Positions 28,051 to 37,904 of a stretch of 64,000 bases of DNA are shown here, one piece after another. Each line of letters opens with the position of its first letter. Within the stretch, counting starts at the first letter, position 1. A model generated the notes under the pieces. It was not told the DNA's origin and did not search any database. It was given only the letters and a program-made list of their open reading frames with translations. The position numbers were made by a program, and so were the translations under genes. The DNA lies in NCBI GenBank assembly GCA_964507425.1, contig CAZDQD010000015.1, forward strand, positions 1,071 to 65,070, given 5' to 3'. The stretch comes from an uncultured Vicinamibacteraceae bacterium. Its GTDB lineage: Bacteria; Acidobacteriota; Vicinamibacteria; Vicinamibacterales; UBA8438.

Positions 28051-29883
28051 ATGAAAGTGAGGAGAATGGCGATGATGGACACGCGAAACGAACTATCTCG
28101 TGCCGCCCGGTTGCTGATTGTTCTTTTGGTGGTTGTGGTTGGCGTATTGGGGCGTGTCGACGTTGATGCCCAAACTACGCAGTTTGTACCGGTTACGGAT
28201 GCGATGCTGCAAGATCCAGAGCCAGAGAACTGGCTGATGTGGCGGCGAACGCTTGACAGTTGGGGGTACTCACCGCTCAACCAGATTACGACGGACAATG
28301 TGGACACGATACGAATGGTCTGGTCGCGGGCGCTGGCCCCGGGTATGCAGCAGGGGACACCGCTGGTCTACAACGGTGTCATGTACATGCCAAATCCCCG
28401 CGATGTTATCCAGGCGATTGATGCCGTCACGGGAGATCTGATCTGGGAGTATCGACGAGATCGGCCAGATGATCTCGGCGAGTACATGATTACCGGTCTC
28501 ATCGACACGAATCGAAATCTGGCTATCTTCGACGGTCTGATTATCGATACAAGTGGTGATGACTACGTGTTTGCACTTGATGCCGTGACAGGTGAGTTAG
28601 TGTGGGAAACGGAGATCTTGGATTACAAAGTGAATCCTGCCAATCAAACCTCTGGCCCGATCATCGCCAATGGGAAAGTGGTTTCTGGGCGGAGTTGTAC
28701 GCCGCCACGAAGGCGCGGTGGCAGTTCGCCGGCACGAGGATTGGCCGGAGGACCGGCAGCTTGTGTAATTGTTGCGCACGACGGACTGACGGGTGAGGAG
28801 CTTTGGCGGCGTCGACTGATTCCGGCACCGGGAGAGCCCGGAAATGAGACATGGGGAGATGTGCCGTTTGAGGAGCGTGGCCACGTCGGGTCTTGGATGG
28901 TTCCAAGTTTTGACCCCGAGTTAAACCTCCTGTATATCGGAACTTCAGTGACCTCGCCAGCTCCCAAATTCTTTTTGGGTGGCGTCGACAACACGCATCT
29001 CTACCACAACTCAACGCTAGCGTTAGACGCTGATACGGGTGAAATTGTTTGGCATTACCAGCATCTGAATGATCACTGGGATCTTGATCATCCGTTTGAA
29101 CGTCTCTTGATCGACACGGCTGTGCGCCCTGATCCATCTCTCGTAAGTTGGATTAACCCGAGGCTTCAGCCTGGTCAAGAGCGACGTGTGGTGACAGGTA
29201 TTCCTGGAAAAACCGGCATCGTGTACACACTAGACCGCGAGACGGGCGAGTTTCTTTGGGCGACTGAAACTACAACACAAAATGTGGTCAGCGGTATCGA
29301 CGGGGCAACGGGAGCTGTGACGGAGAACGCAGAGCTCGTGTTTACGCGAGAAGGACAAGAAAATCTCATCTGTCCGTCCTATGTGACGGGTGGAAAAGAT
29401 TGGGAGGCTGGAGCATATAGTCCGTTGACTGGGTTGATGTATTTTCCGCTTCGCAATACGTGCTCTCGTATGATGGCGCTTGATGATGGTTCTCTGTACA
29501 ACTTACCGAAACGAGACCAGATTGCCCCGGGGACAGACCAGGTCGGAACGGTCCAGGCTATTTCTGTTGAAACCGGTGAAATCGTGTGGGTTTATGAGCA
29601 ACGCGCGGGCACCACTTCTCTAGTCGCCACTGGCGGGGGACTGGTGTTTGGAGGCGACGGAAACGGTCGGTTCCGTGCGCTCGATCAAGGGACCGGTGAT
29701 GTGTTGTGGGAAATCAATCTGGGTTCTATGGTCACGGGTTTCCCAATCACATATTCCGTTGATGGGAAGCAGTATGTAGCTACGAGTACCGGTTCTTCGT
29801 TGAGTTCTCGGGACAATATGCGGTTGACGACCGAACTACAGCCGAGTCGTGGGAACAACCTGTTTATTTTTGCACTGCCATGA
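28051..29883 (+). CDS. Secreted PQQ-type beta-propeller dehydrogenase
   Basis: NWLMWRRTLDSWGYSPLNQI, DAVTGDLIWEY, GSWMVPSFD, HLNDHWDLDH, ICPSYVTGGKDW. Confidence 0.85.
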   Translation: MKVRRMAMMDTRNELSRAARLLIVLLVVVVGVLGRVDVDAQTTQFVPVTDAMLQDPEPENWLMWRRTLDSWGYSPLNQITTDNVDTIRMVWSRALAPGMQQGTPLVYNGVMYMPNPRDVIQAIDAVTGDLIWEYRRDRPDDLGEYMITGLIDTNRNLAIFDGLIIDTSGDDYVFALDAVTGELVWETEILDYKVNPANQTSGPIIANGKVVSGRSCTPPRRRGGSSPARGLAGGPAACVIVAHDGLTGEELWRRRLIPAPGEPGNETWGDVPFEERGHVGSWMVPSFDPELNLLYIGTSVTSPAPKFFLGGVDNTHLYHNSTLALDADTGEIVWHYQHLNDHWDLDHPFERLLIDTAVRPDPSLVSWINPRLQPGQERRVVTGIPGKTGIVYTLDRETGEFLWATETTTQNVVSGIDGATGAVTENAELVFTREGQENLICPSYVTGGKDWEAGAYSPLTGLMYFPLRNTCSRMMALDDGSLYNLPKRDQIAPGTDQVGTVQAISVETGEIVWVYEQRAGTTSLVATGGGLVFGGDGNGRFRALDQGTGDVLWEINLGSMVTGFPITYSVDGKQYVATSTGSSLSSRDNMRLTTELQPSRGNNLFIFALP

Positions 29884-29997
29884 TCGAGATATGGTGCTTG
29901 CACAGTTGGTTTGTCTATTTACTGCATCGTGGTAATCGGACGTACGGCCCGTTATAGTTGGTAGGAATTCGGTTTAAGTGCTCGGGAGGAAAGTAGA

Positions 29998-31590
29998 ATG
30001 AGGAAGTTGTTCACGGCGGTGTGCGTAAGTGTTCTGGCGTCTGCTGCGGCCCAGTGTGGCGGTGGTGCTTCAAGTAGTGATACCAGTGCAGATGTTGATG
30101 CAAGTTTTGCAGAAGCCTGTGAGCGTCTCGTGTCCTTCGCGCTTCCCAATGTGCAAATCACATCGGCAACGGCGATTGTCTCAGGGACGTTCAGTCCACC
30201 GATGGCGCCGGGTGCTCGGCCGCTGTCTGATGCGGCAGTTTCTCAATATGCCGCGCTACCATCGTTCTGTCGGGTAACAGCGACCCTGACGCCATCAGAT
30301 GACTCTGATATTAAGGCGGAGGTGTGGCTCCCGGAACCAGAAAGTTGGAATGGAAAATTACAGGCTGTGGGGAACGGGGCCTTTACGGGTAGTCACCGCT
30401 ATGGAAGCGGCCGTTCGCTATCGTCGGGACTGTCATTGGGTTATGCGACGGCGTCAAGTGATACCGGGCATGTTGGCGGGAGTGCAAGTTTTGGGCTTGG
30501 ACACCCCGAAAAGGTAATTGATTTTGGATGGCGGTCAACCCATGAGATGACCGTTACGGCGAAAGCGGTTATTGAAGAATATTATGGGAATCCTCCAGAT
30601 TATTCCTATTGGTTTGGGTGTTCGGCTGGTGGCCGGCAAGCTTTGAAGCAGGCTCAGCGTTTTCCTGGAGATTACGATGGCATTATTGCTGGCGCACCGG
30701 GGAACGACTGGATCGGTCGAGCGGTGGGAGCCCTGAAAGTTGCAAAGGTGCTTGAGGGTAACGAGTCTGCGCAGTTGCTGGAAGATGACCGGTTGCTCGT
30801 GCATGAGGCGGTACTTGCGGCCTGTGATGCGAGCGATGGCGTTACCGACCGTGTTGTCGGGGACCCCGAACGTTGCGACTTCGACCCTGGTTCGCTTCTG
30901 TGTGAGGGTGAAAACACAACGACGTGCTTGACGGCAGCTCAGGTTGAGACCGCGAGGATGCTCTATTCGTCGCCCAAAAATCCGAAGAGTGGTCGTGAGA
31001 TAACCGGATTGCTTCCAGGTAGTGAGACGAATTGGACGGATCTTGGCTGGACACGGTCTGCTCGAAATACGGGTGTTGAGCAATTCAAGTATTTGATCGA
31101 CGAGGATCCTGAGTGGACAATCGACCGGTTTGATTTTGATAGAGATATTGTGAGGGCGGAAGAGATCGATGACGACACGCTGAACGCGTTGGACCCTGAT
31201 CTGACGCCGTTTTTTAGCCGTGGCGGAAAAATACTGGCTTACCACGGTTGGAGTGATGCGCAGATTTCTCCCAAGAATGCGACGCAGTACTACGAACGGA
31301 TGAAGGATGCGGTGGGTGACGACCAGTTGGTGCATGATAGCTACCGGCTTTTTATGGCGCCGGGAATGGGGCATTGTGCTGGCGGTGAGGGCCCGAACAG
31401 TTTCGATGCACTTACGGTGATGGAAGAATGGGTGGAAGGCGGTCAAGTGCCAGACAGCATAGTGGCTTCTCGCACTCGAGATGGGGTTGTCGACCGCACC
31501 CGTCCGCTCTGTCCGTATCCTCAGTTGGCTGTTTATAACGGGAATGGAAGCACGGACGATGCCGCGAACTTTACCTGTCAGATGCCGTAA
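29998..31590 (+). CDS. Tannase/feruloyl esterase (MHETase-like fold) alpha/beta hydrolase, exported
   Basis: WNGKLQAVGNG, DTGH, GCSAGGRQ nucleophile motif, YHGWSDAQI, PGMGHCAGG, TRPLCPYP. Confidence 0.9.
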   Translation: MRKLFTAVCVSVLASAAAQCGGGASSSDTSADVDASFAEACERLVSFALPNVQITSATAIVSGTFSPPMAPGARPLSDAAVSQYAALPSFCRVTATLTPSDDSDIKAEVWLPEPESWNGKLQAVGNGAFTGSHRYGSGRSLSSGLSLGYATASSDTGHVGGSASFGLGHPEKVIDFGWRSTHEMTVTAKAVIEEYYGNPPDYSYWFGCSAGGRQALKQAQRFPGDYDGIIAGAPGNDWIGRAVGALKVAKVLEGNESAQLLEDDRLLVHEAVLAACDASDGVTDRVVGDPERCDFDPGSLLCEGENTTTCLTAAQVETARMLYSSPKNPKSGREITGLLPGSETNWTDLGWTRSARNTGVEQFKYLIDEDPEWTIDRFDFDRDIVRAEEIDDDTLNALDPDLTPFFSRGGKILAYHGWSDAQISPKNATQYYERMKDAVGDDQLVHDSYRLFMAPGMGHCAGGEGPNSFDALTVMEEWVEGGQVPDSIVASRTRDGVVDRTRPLCPYPQLAVYNGNGSTDDAANFTCQMP

Positions 31591-31606
31591 GCGGGAGAGC
31601 AGCTGT

Positions 31607-33376
31607 ATGCATAAGAGAGTGTTGAAACTTACGTACACGACATCGGTGATCTTATTTGCGTTGACGGCTACGCCGGCAACGGTTGCAGCTGAAAGTATTC
31701 ACCATGTGCATGTGACATCTTCTAATGCCACTGAGGCGGTCCGTTGGTACGCTCGACACCTGCCTTGCGAGCCTCTGGTGGACAGGACCGATGGTGTTGA
31801 CTGTGGTGGCACGGAAGTAATCTTTGACGCGCGGCCAAGTCGGGGGACGAGTCAGCGAACTGGCATCGACCACCTCTCGTTTTCATTTACGAATGTAACG
31901 GAAAAAATGGCCGAACTTGAATCGGTTGGTGTTGGCGGTGCTGGGGTTCGACTGCAACGGTTTGAGGGAGGAGACACAGTTCGCGAAACCGAAACTTTTA
32001 GCAAACAAGCCTTTATTTTTGATCCGTGGGGAACACGGATCGAGTTGGTTGAAGATGCACAGCAGTTAGGGTTTCATCATGTGCATCTAAGCGCAACGGA
32101 CCCAAAGGCAACGTTGGAGTGGTATGCCGACCGCTTTGGTGGAGAAGCCGGCGCGTATGATGATGTGTTGGAGGGTGTCAAATTTGATGACCTCTGGTTG
32201 TTAGTAGATCTCCACACGGAAGGTGTGCCGGCATCCACAGCCGGACGATCTATAGACCATATTGCTTTTCAGGCTGATGAAATCGACGAACGATTAGATC
32301 GGCTTCGAAGTGATGGCATTGAGATCCTTGAGGAACTCATAGTTCCTGAGGGTGCTCGCACTTCTGCCCGGAGGGCTTTTGTTGGTGGACCCAATAATGT
32401 ACGCCTTGCAGTTGTCGAACCTGGTTTCGCGGGTGTTGATGTGGTGACGTTTGTCGCTGCTGCAGATACGGGAGGGGAGTCTTATGCCGTGGTTCGGACT
32501 CCATGGGGCGATCCTGATTTTCAGGGTGTGTGGACCGGTGATGCAGCACATGGTATTCCGCTGGAGCGACCAGCAGACGCTGTAGCGACGGAAGAGCTAA
32601 CTCCGGAAGAAGCTCTTGCGCGTCGTGAACGGGGAACGCTTGGCAGTATCTGGGGCTATGAGTCTGAGTGGCGGGATACGACACTTGGGTATACGAGAGC
32701 CGGAGTTTCACAACAGGTTGCGATGGTAGTCGACCCTCCGAGTGGCAAACTGCCTGCGTTAACGACGTCGGCAGAACGACGTATGGCTGAGGCTCCTGGA
32801 GGTCGGCGAATTCCTGCCGGCCCTGAGGACAATAGTCCGTGGGTGAGGTGCATCACCCGTGGTCCGATCCCAATGCCACAGGTCTACAACAATGGTCTTC
32901 AAATCGTACAGGGGCCAGGTTTCGTCTCAGTGCAACGAGAGATGGTGCACGAAACACGGCTTATACCGACAGATGGACGTCCACACTCAGATTCGCGTTT
33001 AACCTCGTATCTTGGCGATGCGGTCGGTCAGTGGGAGGGCGACACGCTGGTTGTGGAGATTACGAACTTTAACGGGAAAGCGCCCTTTCCGTCCGAGCGA
33101 TTTGCGGGATTGCTGGGCTCTGGTTATGGGGCCAGTAAAGAGCTCACGCTCACCGAACGCTATACACGCACGGGCCCTGAGACGTTGCTCTACGAATTCA
33201 CTTTTGATGACCCATCCACGTGGGATCGTCCTTGGACGGGTAGATATACGTTTGTTCGCGACGACAGCCAGTATGAGCTTGTTGAATACGCATGTCACGA
33301 AGGTAACTACGGAATGTTTAACATTTTGAGTGGTGCTCGTTCTCGTGATCGTGAATCCACAGAGACGGGTCGTTGA
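31607..33376 (+). CDS. Exported fusion: tandem VOC (glyoxalase-like) domains plus TPWG...ACHEGN domain
   Basis: IHHVHV, GIDHLSF, DPWGTRIELVE, FHHVHL, IDHIAF, GPNNVRLAVVE; then RTPWGDPDFQGVW...VEYACHEGNY. Confidence 0.75.
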   Translation: MHKRVLKLTYTTSVILFALTATPATVAAESIHHVHVTSSNATEAVRWYARHLPCEPLVDRTDGVDCGGTEVIFDARPSRGTSQRTGIDHLSFSFTNVTEKMAELESVGVGGAGVRLQRFEGGDTVRETETFSKQAFIFDPWGTRIELVEDAQQLGFHHVHLSATDPKATLEWYADRFGGEAGAYDDVLEGVKFDDLWLLVDLHTEGVPASTAGRSIDHIAFQADEIDERLDRLRSDGIEILEELIVPEGARTSARRAFVGGPNNVRLAVVEPGFAGVDVVTFVAAADTGGESYAVVRTPWGDPDFQGVWTGDAAHGIPLERPADAVATEELTPEEALARRERGTLGSIWGYESEWRDTTLGYTRAGVSQQVAMVVDPPSGKLPALTTSAERRMAEAPGGRRIPAGPEDNSPWVRCITRGPIPMPQVYNNGLQIVQGPGFVSVQREMVHETRLIPTDGRPHSDSRLTSYLGDAVGQWEGDTLVVEITNFNGKAPFPSERFAGLLGSGYGASKELTLTERYTRTGPETLLYEFTFDDPSTWDRPWTGRYTFVRDDSQYELVEYACHEGNYGMFNILSGARSRDRESTETGR

Positions 33377-33421
33377 ATTAGCGAAACCTGTTCTTCTTTC
33401 GACGAAATCCAGGAGAAATCT

Positions 33422-35380
33422 GTGCGGCGATCAGTAGCTGTCGTAGTTTTACTTTGCGGAGCCCCGCTCACTTTTGCGCAGGAGACTGCCACCGATATGG
33501 TCGAGTGGCGTTACGTTGGTTCAGATCAAGGCGCATCGAAGTACTCCCCCCTTACGGACATTAATCGTTCGAATATTGATCGCTTGGAGGTGGCGTGGAC
33601 CTGGGAACCTAACGAATTGCCGAACATGGAATATCAAACGCGGCCGGGAAGTTTTGAAGCCATGCCGTTAATGATCGAAAACGTGCTCTATTTGTCCACG
33701 ATGTACACAAAGGTGGTCGCGCTCGACGCGGATACAGGGGAACAATTGTGGATGTTTGACCCGGAGGCTTATCGTACGGGTCCGTTGGGGGCTGGTGTTG
33801 GCGGGTATAAACATCGTGGGGTTGCTACTTGGTCTGACGGGAACTCGATGAAAGTGTTTCTTAATAGCCGAGACTCGTTGTACGCGCTCGATGCGACAAG
33901 CGGTGCGCTGATTCCCACGTTTGGTGTTCAGGGAAAGGTCAAATTGACTGATGGTTTTGACCGTGAGGTGACCTACGACGAATTTGATCAAACATCTCCT
34001 CCGGTCGTGTACGAGGATTTAGTGATTGTTGGGAGCCGAGTGCCAGATCAGCTCCAACATCGGTTTGACACTCCTGGTTCGGTGCAGGCGTTTGATGTGC
34101 ATACCGGAGAACGGCGATGGGTGTTTTATACGATTCCTCAAACCAATGATGAATATGGCGCCGATACGTGGGAGGATGGCTCGTGGCGGTATACGGGACA
34201 CGCTAATGTCTGGGGGCTAATGTCGTTGGATGAAGAGCGGGGCTTGTTGTATTTACCGACGAGCACTCCGAGTAGCGACTACTATGGCGGTCGTCGACTC
34301 GGTGCGAATTTGTTCGCCGAGTCGATTGTATGTCTAGATGCGAGCACTGGGGAGCGTCTGTGGCATTTTCAGGGCGTTCATCATGGGCTTTGGGATTATG
34401 ACTTTACCGCTGCTCCGAACCTGATGACGTTGGCGGTTGATGGTCGTCAAATCGATGCTGTTGCAGAGGTGTCGAAGCAAGGGTTTACCTATGTGTTTGA
34501 TCGCGTGACAGGTGAACCAGTGTGGCCAATTGAAGAACGCCCGGTCGATACAGAGACAGACGTTCCAGGAGAGATTCCCTACCCGACCCAACCTTTTCCG
34601 ACAAAACCACCACCGTTTGCTGTTCAGGGAATATCGCTAGATGATGCGAATGACTTAACACCGGAGATCCATCGGTTGGCTCTTGAGGAAATGCAGACAT
34701 ACAGGCTCGGCCCATTGTTTACGCCTCCGAGTCTCCGTGGCACGTTACAGCGACCATCGGCGGGTGGAGGGGCAAATTGGGGTGGAGCAGCTCTCGATCC
34801 GGAGACCAACTATCTGTACGTAAGGTCTTCAGAACGTTTGACGCCGAACCAAATTTGTAAGACGCCTGAAGGGACAACGGGGGTTGACCTGGAGTACACG
34901 AACAACTGTCCACGTGGAGGTTCGCAAGGGATATTTACAATGTTGCCTGGTTATGTGGCCGCTGAACGTAGACAATTGGGCCCCATTCCCCTAATAAAGC
35001 CGCCGTATGCGTTTCTAGTGGCAATTGACCTGAACGTGGGGGAAATTGCGTGGAAGGTTCCTTTTGGTGAAGGGAGCCGCCTCGTAAGAAACCATCCGCT
35101 CTTACGTGGCACAACCGGCTTGCCTGAACGCTTAGGCACCGTTGGTAACAATGGACCGATGGTCACGGGGGGTGGATTAGTGTTTATGGGAGGCGGCGAC
35201 CCTTATCTTTATGCGTTTGATGCCGAAACAGGTCAAGAGCTTGGTCGGCATGCGACGGAGTTTAGGACCACGGGAAATCCGATGACCTATAGGTCACGTG
35301 GCGGACGACAGTTTATTGTGATTGCGACAGGAGCTGGACCTGATGCTTCACTTGTTGCGTTTGCCTTGCCCAACGAGTGA
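33422..35380 (+). CDS. Secreted PQQ-dependent dehydrogenase, mGDH-like
   Basis: SKYSPLTDINRSN, FEAMPL, HHGLWDYD, WPIEERPV, GGANWGG. Confidence 0.88.
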   Translation: MRRSVAVVVLLCGAPLTFAQETATDMVEWRYVGSDQGASKYSPLTDINRSNIDRLEVAWTWEPNELPNMEYQTRPGSFEAMPLMIENVLYLSTMYTKVVALDADTGEQLWMFDPEAYRTGPLGAGVGGYKHRGVATWSDGNSMKVFLNSRDSLYALDATSGALIPTFGVQGKVKLTDGFDREVTYDEFDQTSPPVVYEDLVIVGSRVPDQLQHRFDTPGSVQAFDVHTGERRWVFYTIPQTNDEYGADTWEDGSWRYTGHANVWGLMSLDEERGLLYLPTSTPSSDYYGGRRLGANLFAESIVCLDASTGERLWHFQGVHHGLWDYDFTAAPNLMTLAVDGRQIDAVAEVSKQGFTYVFDRVTGEPVWPIEERPVDTETDVPGEIPYPTQPFPTKPPPFAVQGISLDDANDLTPEIHRLALEEMQTYRLGPLFTPPSLRGTLQRPSAGGGANWGGAALDPETNYLYVRSSERLTPNQICKTPEGTTGVDLEYTNNCPRGGSQGIFTMLPGYVAAERRQLGPIPLIKPPYAFLVAIDLNVGEIAWKVPFGEGSRLVRNHPLLRGTTGLPERLGTVGNNGPMVTGGGLVFMGGGDPYLYAFDAETGQELGRHATEFRTTGNPMTYRSRGGRQFIVIATGAGPDASLVAFALPNE

Positions 35381-35419
35381 TTCGCGTTGTTTTTGGAAAA
35401 GAATGATTTAAAACGCTAG

Positions 35420-35983
35420 GTGTATAGTAGTCGTATGACAAGCGCGCGGTTCGGAAGGTCGTTGGGCTTTGTTTTGATCTTGGTGTTCTGCCTCGGCGGT
35501 ATTGAGTTGTCACTTGGTGGAGAAGGGTTTTCCGGGACTGTTGTGGGCAGGGCGCAGACAGACACCGTTGCTGCTGGCGGCCGACTTTACCGCCAAAAGG
35601 CGGACTGTCAGGCGTGTCACGGATGGGCTGGTGATGGTCGAAAGATGGACAGCCAGATGCCGGACGGTGCGAACCTCCGTGAAAGCACACTAGAGCGCGA
35701 GCAACTCGTTTTCGTCATCAAGTGTGGTTTACCGGGACGTGGCATGCCTGCTTTTGATCGGCGTGCCTATGCCGATGAACGATGCCTTGGACGAACACAT
35801 GATGACCTTGAGCGGATGGGGTTAGAGTTATTCGATCCAGCGGCGACGTTACAGAATAGGGAAGTTGAACGTCTAGCCGATTTTTTGTACGAGAAAGTTA
35901 TCGGTCAAGGTCCGATGGACAACCAGAAGTGTATTGAGTTCTGGGGTGAAGAGGTGGACGCTTGCCGAGAATTTCCAAACTAG
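35420..35983 (+). CDS. Monoheme cytochrome c with four additional cysteines
   Basis: Signal/TM segment; CQACH; GRGMPAF axial Met; extra Cys in IKCG, ERCLG, QKCIE, DACRE. Confidence 0.8.
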   Translation: MYSSRMTSARFGRSLGFVLILVFCLGGIELSLGGEGFSGTVVGRAQTDTVAAGGRLYRQKADCQACHGWAGDGRKMDSQMPDGANLRESTLEREQLVFVIKCGLPGRGMPAFDRRAYADERCLGRTHDDLERMGLELFDPAATLQNREVERLADFLYEKVIGQGPMDNQKCIEFWGEEVDACREFPN

Positions 35984-36032
35984 TCGAGTCGTCTACTTTT
36001 CTGCTGTCGTAAGCGTCTTCGGAAGTCCACGA

Positions 36033-37802
36033 CTATTCATCGAGTGCGAAGACGAATAGGTAGCTTGAGTTTTCGAGTTGATCCCAGTTCACGGGGTGCA
36101 GGTGTCTGCCGCTCGTCTGGACCGCTATGTACTGCTTAGGTCCGATTGCGTACGTGACGGGGGCTCCCTTGAGAGGTGTTCCGACATTGAACCGCCAGAG
36201 TTCCTGCAGTGTCTCGTCGTTGTAGGCGACCACCCAGCCATCCTGAAGCGCGCTGAAGACTAGTCCCCCCGCCGTTACTGTCGCGCCGGAACGAACCTCA
36301 ATGTCAGTGACGACCTTTGCAAGTACCTCATGGTCGACTGCGTCGACTGCTGTGATGGAGCCGTAGTACAGCTCACTTGTGTACTCACGCCGTTCACTCG
36401 CCTGATTGTCGACGTTGCCCTCTGGTCCAACCGACGCAACAGCCGCTCCATTTTGCGAGAAACACCCTTCTGTGCCAACGCCATAAGCAATTCCCTTGTC
36501 AGGGTTAAAAGCTGTCGGTTGGTGAGCCACGCCTCCGTGCCAGGTCGGACACGCGCGCTTCATGGTGTCTCGGTCAGCCCGCAACGCACGCGCTTCTTCG
36601 TTGTAAATCTGTACATCAAGATTTGCGTCGTACTCGAGTGGCATACCTGTTTGTGGGTTGATGCCAGCGGTCCAATTGAGTTCGTTGACGTACTGACCAG
36701 CTCTGATGAACGAACCGTCGTTTCGATCGACGGTATAAAAAAAGCCGTTACGAGCATAATGCGACACCACGTTTCGCAATTGACCCTCGATGGTGAGGTC
36801 ATAAAGCAGATGGATCCCAACTTCGTCGTAGTCCCATGAATCATTTGGCGTGTATTGGAAATGCCATCTACGCTCACCAGTTTCGATGTCTAGTGCGACT
36901 GCGGAGTTTGTGTATAGGTTGTCGCCGGGACGAAATTCTGGGTCATAGATTGGGTACGGATTTCCCGTACCGAAAATGTACAGCTTATTAACTGGGTCGT
37001 ACGAGCCGGTTTGCCAGACGCCGCCACCGCCGGTTTTCCACGCGTTGTGGTCGTCTCTCCAGGTCTCGCTTCCTGGCTGGCCGGGCTCTGGAACGGTATA
37101 CCAGCGCCAGAGTTCATTTCCATTTTCGATGTCGAGTGCTGCGACCCATCCACGTGTGCCACCGTCACCAGCACCGTTCTGGACAAGAACTTTTCCATCG
37201 GCGACCAGTGGTGCAGTTAGAAAACGCTCTCGACGTCCGAACTCAGTTACGCCTGCCACCTCGACATCCCAAATGATTTCGCCGTCGTCTCGATCAATGG
37301 CAACCACGCGACCGTCTGGAAGATTCGAGATTACCTTGTCTTCCCAAAGTGCAATTCCTCTTGACCTGGACGTATTACCTTCATGGTCAACACCGGGATC
37401 GGCTATCCACACAAATTTCGCGTGGTCTGGGGCACGAGCGTCAATCTTGTAGACAGTTCCCCAGCCGTCAGCCGTGTACATGAAACCATTGTCGATTAAC
37501 GGATTGAGTTCAGCTTCAGGACCGTTCTGACCGGTGTCTTGCATGCCGCCAATAGCAAGTGCCCACACCATTCGAAGGTTGCTGACGTTGTCTCGATTGA
37601 TCTGGGTTAACCGCGAATATCTGTTTGAGCCGTAGTCACCGTTCATGAGGAGCCAGTTTTGAGGCTCGTTCGCGGCGTTTTCTAGGCGTTCTTTATTTAC
37701 GGTTAGCGAGTACTGACCAGTAAGAACTATTGTCGATGCAGCCAGAATGGCAGCAATGAGAAATGTGCTGATTTCGCCGTGAGAACGGTAATGCTGACGC
37801 AT
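36033..37802 (-). CDS. Secreted PQQ-type dehydrogenase, alcohol-dehydrogenase-like scaffold
   Basis: GGAGG RBS; NWLLMNGDYGSNRYSRLTQIN, GGGVWQTGSYD, GTGNP, YTPNDSWDYDE. Confidence 0.85.
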   Translation of the reverse strand: MRQHYRSHGEISTFLIAAILAASTIVLTGQYSLTVNKERLENAANEPQNWLLMNGDYGSNRYSRLTQINRDNVSNLRMVWALAIGGMQDTGQNGPEAELNPLIDNGFMYTADGWGTVYKIDARAPDHAKFVWIADPGVDHEGNTSRSRGIALWEDKVISNLPDGRVVAIDRDDGEIIWDVEVAGVTEFGRRERFLTAPLVADGKVLVQNGAGDGGTRGWVAALDIENGNELWRWYTVPEPGQPGSETWRDDHNAWKTGGGGVWQTGSYDPVNKLYIFGTGNPYPIYDPEFRPGDNLYTNSAVALDIETGERRWHFQYTPNDSWDYDEVGIHLLYDLTIEGQLRNVVSHYARNGFFYTVDRNDGSFIRAGQYVNELNWTAGINPQTGMPLEYDANLDVQIYNEEARALRADRDTMKRACPTWHGGVAHQPTAFNPDKGIAYGVGTEGCFSQNGAAVASVGPEGNVDNQASERREYTSELYYGSITAVDAVDHEVLAKVVTDIEVRSGATVTAGGLVFSALQDGWVVAYNDETLQELWRFNVGTPLKGAPVTYAIGPKQYIAVQTSGRHLHPVNWDQLENSSYLFVFALDE

Positions 37803-37904
37803 GCCTGTTTCCTCCGTAGAACTGTTGGTCGGTATAGCTTATAACGGTTTAAGGCTTGACCTCGGTATACTAATTCTCGTGCTCGAGATGGAGGTCGAGA
37901 AAGT

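Noticed and set aside
30535-31638. 367-aa antisense ORF
   Set aside because: Lies entirely opposite the well-supported tannase gene; no motifs; shadow ORF
24920-37802. Calling 24920(-) or 36033(-) xoxF/mxaF methanol dehydrogenase
   Set aside because: No vicinal Cys-Cys, Asp at the metal-Glu position, and no xoxJ/mxa accessory genes
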